Origin: Sulfurihydrogenibium sp. | GTDB taxonomy: Bacteria > Aquificota > Aquificia > Aquificales > Hydrogenothermaceae | Assembly: GCA_037442825.1 (NCBI GenBank) | Contig: JBBIPN010000037.1 | Location: 1 to 13,193 of the forward strand | Length of the DNA: 13,193 nucleotides | Reading direction: 5' to 3' | Shown here: one piece after another, positions 10,045-13,193 of the stretch | How the letters are laid out: each line of letters opens with the position of its first letter | Position numbering within the stretch: position 1 is the first letter of the stretch | The notes under the pieces: model-generated | Seen by the model: the letters and a program-made list of their open reading frames with translations, nothing else | Database searches by the model: none | Told to the model about the DNA's origin: nothing | Made by a program: the position numbers and the translations under genes

Positions 10045-10090
10045 AGCTCTTCACCTCTTGACTTTTTTTAAAAATGTAGTATAATATCAT
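10028..10090 (-). CDS. 20-aa leader-like micro-ORF (MILYYIFKKSQEVKSYGKLA)
   Basis: GGAGGTGA RBS (10103-10096), 5 nt, ATG. It reads through the RBS and start codon of the next micro-ORF. Confidence 0.4.
   Translation of the reverse strand: MILYYIFKKSQEVKSYGKLA
10058..10085 (+). promoter_or_regulatory. Near-consensus sigma70 promoter TTGACT-N16-TATAAT
   Basis: TTGACT at 10058-10063 and TATAAT at 10080-10085. No RBS-led plus-strand gene follows before the hairpin. Confidence 0.65.
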
Positions 10091-10091
10091 A

Positions 10092-10181
10092 AACGTCACC
10101 TCCGAAAAGTTATTTTTAATCTTCTTATATCCTGGAAGTTTTACCAATACTCCCCCTTTTCCTTCCAGGACCTTTTATTTT
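10092..10181 (+). ncRNA. Candidate ~90-nt antisense/small RNA
   Basis: Bounded by the promoter above and a hairpin plus U-tract; carries the anti-SD UCACCUCC near its 5' end and a CUCCCCCUUUUC loop. Confidence 0.45.
10130..10181 (+). terminator. Intrinsic-terminator-like stem-loop
   Basis: Perfect 9-bp stem TCCTGGAAG (10130-10138)/CTTCCAGGA (10162-10170) with a 23-nt pyrimidine-rich loop, then CCTTTTATTTT. The loop is large for a plain terminator. Confidence 0.55.
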
Positions 10182-10183
10182 CA

Positions 10184-10468
10184 TTACAATTCTATTACAT
10201 CATCATTAATAACAGTATTAGGACGGCTATCCAAATTGTTAAACCTTTCAACTTCTTGTAAAAACTTATTAGATTGCTCATATAAGGCATTAAAGTTAGG
10301 GTCTGTTTTAGTTATGATTTTGTTAAACTTAAATACAGGAACTAAGTATTTTATAGCGCCTTTCTTTTGTAATATAAACTCAGAGATTGTCCAATTAGTA
10401 AAGCCAGGCTCAGGTCTAACAACAATAGCAGATTTTAAGCCTTGTTTTTGTGAGATTGTAGGATATTG
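10184..10468 (-). pseudogene. 3' remnant (94 codons, no start) of a probable phage protein, SSB-like
   Basis: Open frame QYPTISQKQG...EFILQKKGAIKYLVPVFKF...NTVINDDVIEL*, with a beta-rich basic segment and an acidic/hydrophobic C-terminal tip as in ssDNA-binding proteins. The family call is tentative. Confidence 0.5.
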
Positions 10469-10495
10469 TCATAACCATTAAAAATTTGATATAGT
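10466..10495 (+). promoter_or_regulatory. Putative promoter of the amidotransferase gene
   Basis: TTGTCA (10466-10471), N18, extended -10 TGATATAGT (10487-10495); AAGAGGA RBS before ATG 10528. Confidence 0.45.
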
Positions 10496-10527
10496 ATATG
10501 TACAACATATAAAAAGAGGATCATTTT

Positions 10528-11220
10528 ATGAATAAAGTACTTGCTATAAGACATGTTAAAGTTGAGCATACAGGTCTACTTGGAGAAGTATTATACAATA
10601 TGGGTTATCAAATAGACTATCTTGATACACCAGAAGGACAACTTTTAAAAGAACCTATTGAAAATTATTCGTTAGTAATAGTGCTTGGTGGTTATATGGG
10701 AGCATATGAAGAATATAAATATCCATTTTTAAATTATGAGTTTAAAATTATGGAATACGCTTTAAAATCAGATATCCCACTTATTGGGATATGTCTTGGG
10801 GCTCAAATGCTTGCAAAGGTTTTAGGTTCAAATGTATACAAAGGCCATAAAAAAGAGATTGGTTTCTTTGAGGTAAAAAAATCCAACAATCATCCATACT
10901 TTAATGACTTTCCTGATAATTTTAAGGTTTTTCAATGGCACAATGATACTTTTGATTTACCAAATGGTGCTACAAGAGTATTTAGTTCAGATGATTATAA
11001 AAATCAAGGTTTTGTTTACAGTAAAGCAGTAGGTTTACAGTTTCATGTTGAAGTAAATGAAAGTATGATTAAAGAATGGCTAAGTGAATACTCTGAAGAG
11101 GTGCAAAAAGAAAACATAAATATATTAGCTATGCTAAAAGATGCTTCTCTATACATAAAACCACTAAAAATTTATCAACAGATCTTTAGTTTTTTAACTA
11201 AAATATTACAACTTGAATAA
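10528..11220 (+). CDS. Class I (type 1) glutamine amidotransferase, stand-alone GMP-synthase-like domain
   Basis: VLGGYM, nucleophile elbow GICLGAQ, FQWHNDTFDLP and GLQFHVE (Cys-His-Glu triad). Confidence 0.92.
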   Translation: MNKVLAIRHVKVEHTGLLGEVLYNMGYQIDYLDTPEGQLLKEPIENYSLVIVLGGYMGAYEEYKYPFLNYEFKIMEYALKSDIPLIGICLGAQMLAKVLGSNVYKGHKKEIGFFEVKKSNNHPYFNDFPDNFKVFQWHNDTFDLPNGATRVFSSDDYKNQGFVYSKAVGLQFHVEVNESMIKEWLSEYSEEVQKENINILAMLKDASLYIKPLKIYQQIFSFLTKILQLE

Positions 11221-11325
11221 GAAGTAATCTAAAAATTTTTTCACAATTTTAATTGTCAGTTGTAGAATTTTTTATATTATCATTCGTTGAGTTGGTAAGA
11301 TTTACTTTAATTTTTAAATCAAGAT

Positions 11326-11353
11326 TTGAAAATTATCTCTAAATGTTTAAAAT
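11326..11353 (+). promoter_or_regulatory. Putative uvrC promoter TTGAAA-N16-TAAAAT
   Basis: The -10 ends 7 nt before ATG 11361; no SD before either candidate ATG. Confidence 0.45.
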
Positions 11354-11360
11354 ATTTTGT

Positions 11361-13088
11361 ATGGAAAAAGAGATTAGTTGGGCATTAGAGTTTATAGAGA
11401 AAGCCCCAGAAGAAGCTGGTGTATATTTGTTTAAGAATGATAAAAAGCAGTATATATATATTGGAAAAGCTATCAATATAAAAAATCGATTAAAAAATCA
11501 TTACCAACAGTTAAAAATAGATATTAAAGAAAGAAAGATTTTTCAAGAAAGTAGCAATATTGAATGGATTATAACTAAATCAGATTATGAAGCTTTTGTT
11601 TTAGAAAATGAACTTATAAAACAGTTTAAACCTAAATACAATGTAAGACTTAAATCTGGAAGTAGTTATCCAATGATAGTTATCACAGATGAAGACTATC
11701 CAACAGTAAAAATAAGTAGAAAGTATGGAGAATTTAAAGGTGAGTATTTTGGACCTTTTTTACCTGCTAAATCTGCCAGAGCTATGAAAGATTTAATACA
11801 CAAACTATTTAAAATCAGAACCTGTGATCCCTTACCTAAAAGAGATTTAGTATGTTTCGATTATCATCTTGGGTTATGTTCAGGTCCATGTGCCAATAAG
11901 ATCTCAAAGAAAGATTATTTAGAAGATGTAAGTATACTAAAAGCTTTCTTATCTGGAAATGTAAAAAACGTAATTTACAAACTTTATGATAAAGTTAACT
12001 ACTATACAGAAAAAATGATGTTTGAAAAAGCAGCTATCGTTAGAGATCAGATAAAAGCAATAGAAAACATAATAACAAAACAAGAGGTTATAGGTATTGG
12101 GATAGATGAAGCTGATATTTTTTACTTTATTGGAACTAAAGTATATTTGATTATTGTAAGAGGAAATACAATTATAGGAAAAGATGAGCTGAGAATAAGT
12201 AACCAAGATTTTGAAGAAGGTAGTGAAGTCTTTATTATTACAGACTATTATAGTAAAGATACTTACGTTCCAAAAACAATTATCTTAAATAAAGATATAC
12301 AAGATTTAGACAACTTAAAAAATTGGTTTTTAAAACAAAAGAATATTGATATTAAAATATCTTTAGAAGTTCCTATAGCGGTAGAAAACTTTGTAAATAG
12401 AAATATTTCTATTTTTGAAACAGATAGTTTAAATAGAGTATTTAAATCTGTTTTCTCTTTTGAACTTCCAAAAAGGATAGAATGTTTTGATATATCACAT
12501 ATTGATGGAAATTTTACTGTAGGTTCTTGTGTTGTTTGGGAAAATGGTTTCATGAATAAAAGAGAGTACAGAAGGTATAAAGTTAAAACCGTCGAATACA
12601 TAGATGATTATAGAGCTTTAAGAGAAGTTTTAGAAAGAAGATTTAAACATTATAAAGATATGTCATATATTCCTTTAGTTTTAATAGATGGTGGAAAAGG
12701 ACAACTTTCCCAAGGAATTAAGATTAAAGAAAAGCTTGGTTTAAAAGATTTGAAAGTTTTTTCTATAGCAAAAAAGGAAGAAATAGTATATACAGACGAT
12801 GGGAAAGAGGTTAAACTTTTTAAACATGCAGAACTTCTTAAACTTTTTACGAAAATAAGAGATGAAGCCCATAGATTTGCCATTACATACAATAGAAAAC
12901 TTAGAGAAAAAGAAGGGTTAAAAAGTGTATTAGATAGTATTGAAGGAATTGGGGAAAAGAGAAAAGAAGTTTTATATAGAACCTATAAAACCATAGACAA
13001 TATAATTAAAGCAAGTGATGAAGAACTAAAAAAACTTGGTATCCCTTCTTCTGTAGCTCAAAAAATAAAAAATTATTTAACTTCTTGA
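11361..13088 (+). CDS. uvrC: Excinuclease ABC subunit C
   Basis: GIY-YIG (GVYLF...YIGKA), Cys-rich CDPL...CFDYHLGLCSGPC, UVR (FEKAAIVRDQI), RNase H-like (ECFDISH, DGGKGQ, RDEAHRFA) and HhH (IEGIGEKR). Alternative start at 11343. Confidence 0.97.
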   Translation: MEKEISWALEFIEKAPEEAGVYLFKNDKKQYIYIGKAINIKNRLKNHYQQLKIDIKERKIFQESSNIEWIITKSDYEAFVLENELIKQFKPKYNVRLKSGSSYPMIVITDEDYPTVKISRKYGEFKGEYFGPFLPAKSARAMKDLIHKLFKIRTCDPLPKRDLVCFDYHLGLCSGPCANKISKKDYLEDVSILKAFLSGNVKNVIYKLYDKVNYYTEKMMFEKAAIVRDQIKAIENIITKQEVIGIGIDEADIFYFIGTKVYLIIVRGNTIIGKDELRISNQDFEEGSEVFIITDYYSKDTYVPKTIILNKDIQDLDNLKNWFLKQKNIDIKISLEVPIAVENFVNRNISIFETDSLNRVFKSVFSFELPKRIECFDISHIDGNFTVGSCVVWENGFMNKREYRRYKVKTVEYIDDYRALREVLERRFKHYKDMSYIPLVLIDGGKGQLSQGIKIKEKLGLKDLKVFSIAKKEEIVYTDDGKEVKLFKHAELLKLFTKIRDEAHRFAITYNRKLREKEGLKSVLDSIEGIGEKRKEVLYRTYKTIDNIIKASDEELKKLGIPSSVAQKIKNYLTS

Positions 13089-13192
13089 TTTTTATCTGGC
13101 TTTTGTTTGTAGTAAAACATAATTCTATCTACTAAATTTTTTAATACTGTAGCAGAAACACCACCACCACCAATATGTTCTCCAGCAAATTT
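13073..13192 (-). CDS. 3' end of a penicillin-binding protein (FtsI/PBP2-like transpeptidase), partial
   Basis: The minus frame reads KFAGEHIGGGGVSATVLKNLVDRIMFYYKQKPDKNQEVK*, resembling the GGxvAAPvF...PD C-terminus of class B PBPs. It overlaps the uvrC stop. Confidence 0.6.
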   Translation of the reverse strand, partial: KFAGEHIGGGGVSATVLKNLVDRIMFYYKQKPDKNQEVK

Positions 13193-13193
13193 T

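Larger units (their letters stand above)
9269..10468. mobile_element. Degenerate prophage/MGE remnant, boundaries approximate
   Basis: Mosaic of truncated genes (TM-coiled-coil, SF2 helicase, SSB-like) and regulatory sites between housekeeping genes. No integrase or att repeats were seen. Confidence 0.55.

Noticed and set aside
10236..10481. 81-aa plus-strand ORF
   Set aside because: No RBS. It is the antisense of the longer minus-strand frame 10468-10184, which looks more protein-like and has a natural C-terminus.
9150..10500. att sites or target-site duplications flanking the islet
   Set aside because: No convincing direct repeat, tRNA or integrase found by eye at either boundary.
11243..11256. 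Palindrome ACAATT-TT-AATTGT upstream of uvrC as a regulator site
   Set aside because: Short and AT-rich with no match to a motif I can name; likely by chance at this base composition.
11949..12892. Three minus-strand ORFs inside uvrC
   Set aside because: Antisense shadows of uvrC.

Overview
AT-rich bacterial chromosomal window. Gene content and protein style suggest a thermophilic Aquificota, probably Sulfurihydrogenibium-like (inference). The left end holds the 3' part of a group 3b [NiFe]-hydrogenase operon (small subunit partial, large subunit complete). It converges on a long minus-strand cluster: ArnT-like glycosyltransferase, thiL, ahcY, DUF465, ilvD, metK and a degenerate GGDEF protein. 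The right end has a class I glutamine amidotransferase, uvrC and the 3' end of a convergent PBP/FtsI-like gene. Between arnT and the amidotransferase (~9270-10470) lies a decayed phage/MGE-like islet that the ORF track mostly misses. It contains a truncated TM-coiled-coil repeat gene joined tail-to-tail to an SF2 helicase fragment, and the 3' part of an SSB-like gene. At its centre is a compact, apparently intact regulatory cassette: a ~90-nt plus-strand RNA with its own promoter and terminator, antisense to two overlapping strong-RBS micro-ORFs whose mRNA has fold-back complementarity. This resembles hok/mok/sok-type antisense control and is the best candidate for an undescribed system, although it rests on sequence reading alone.
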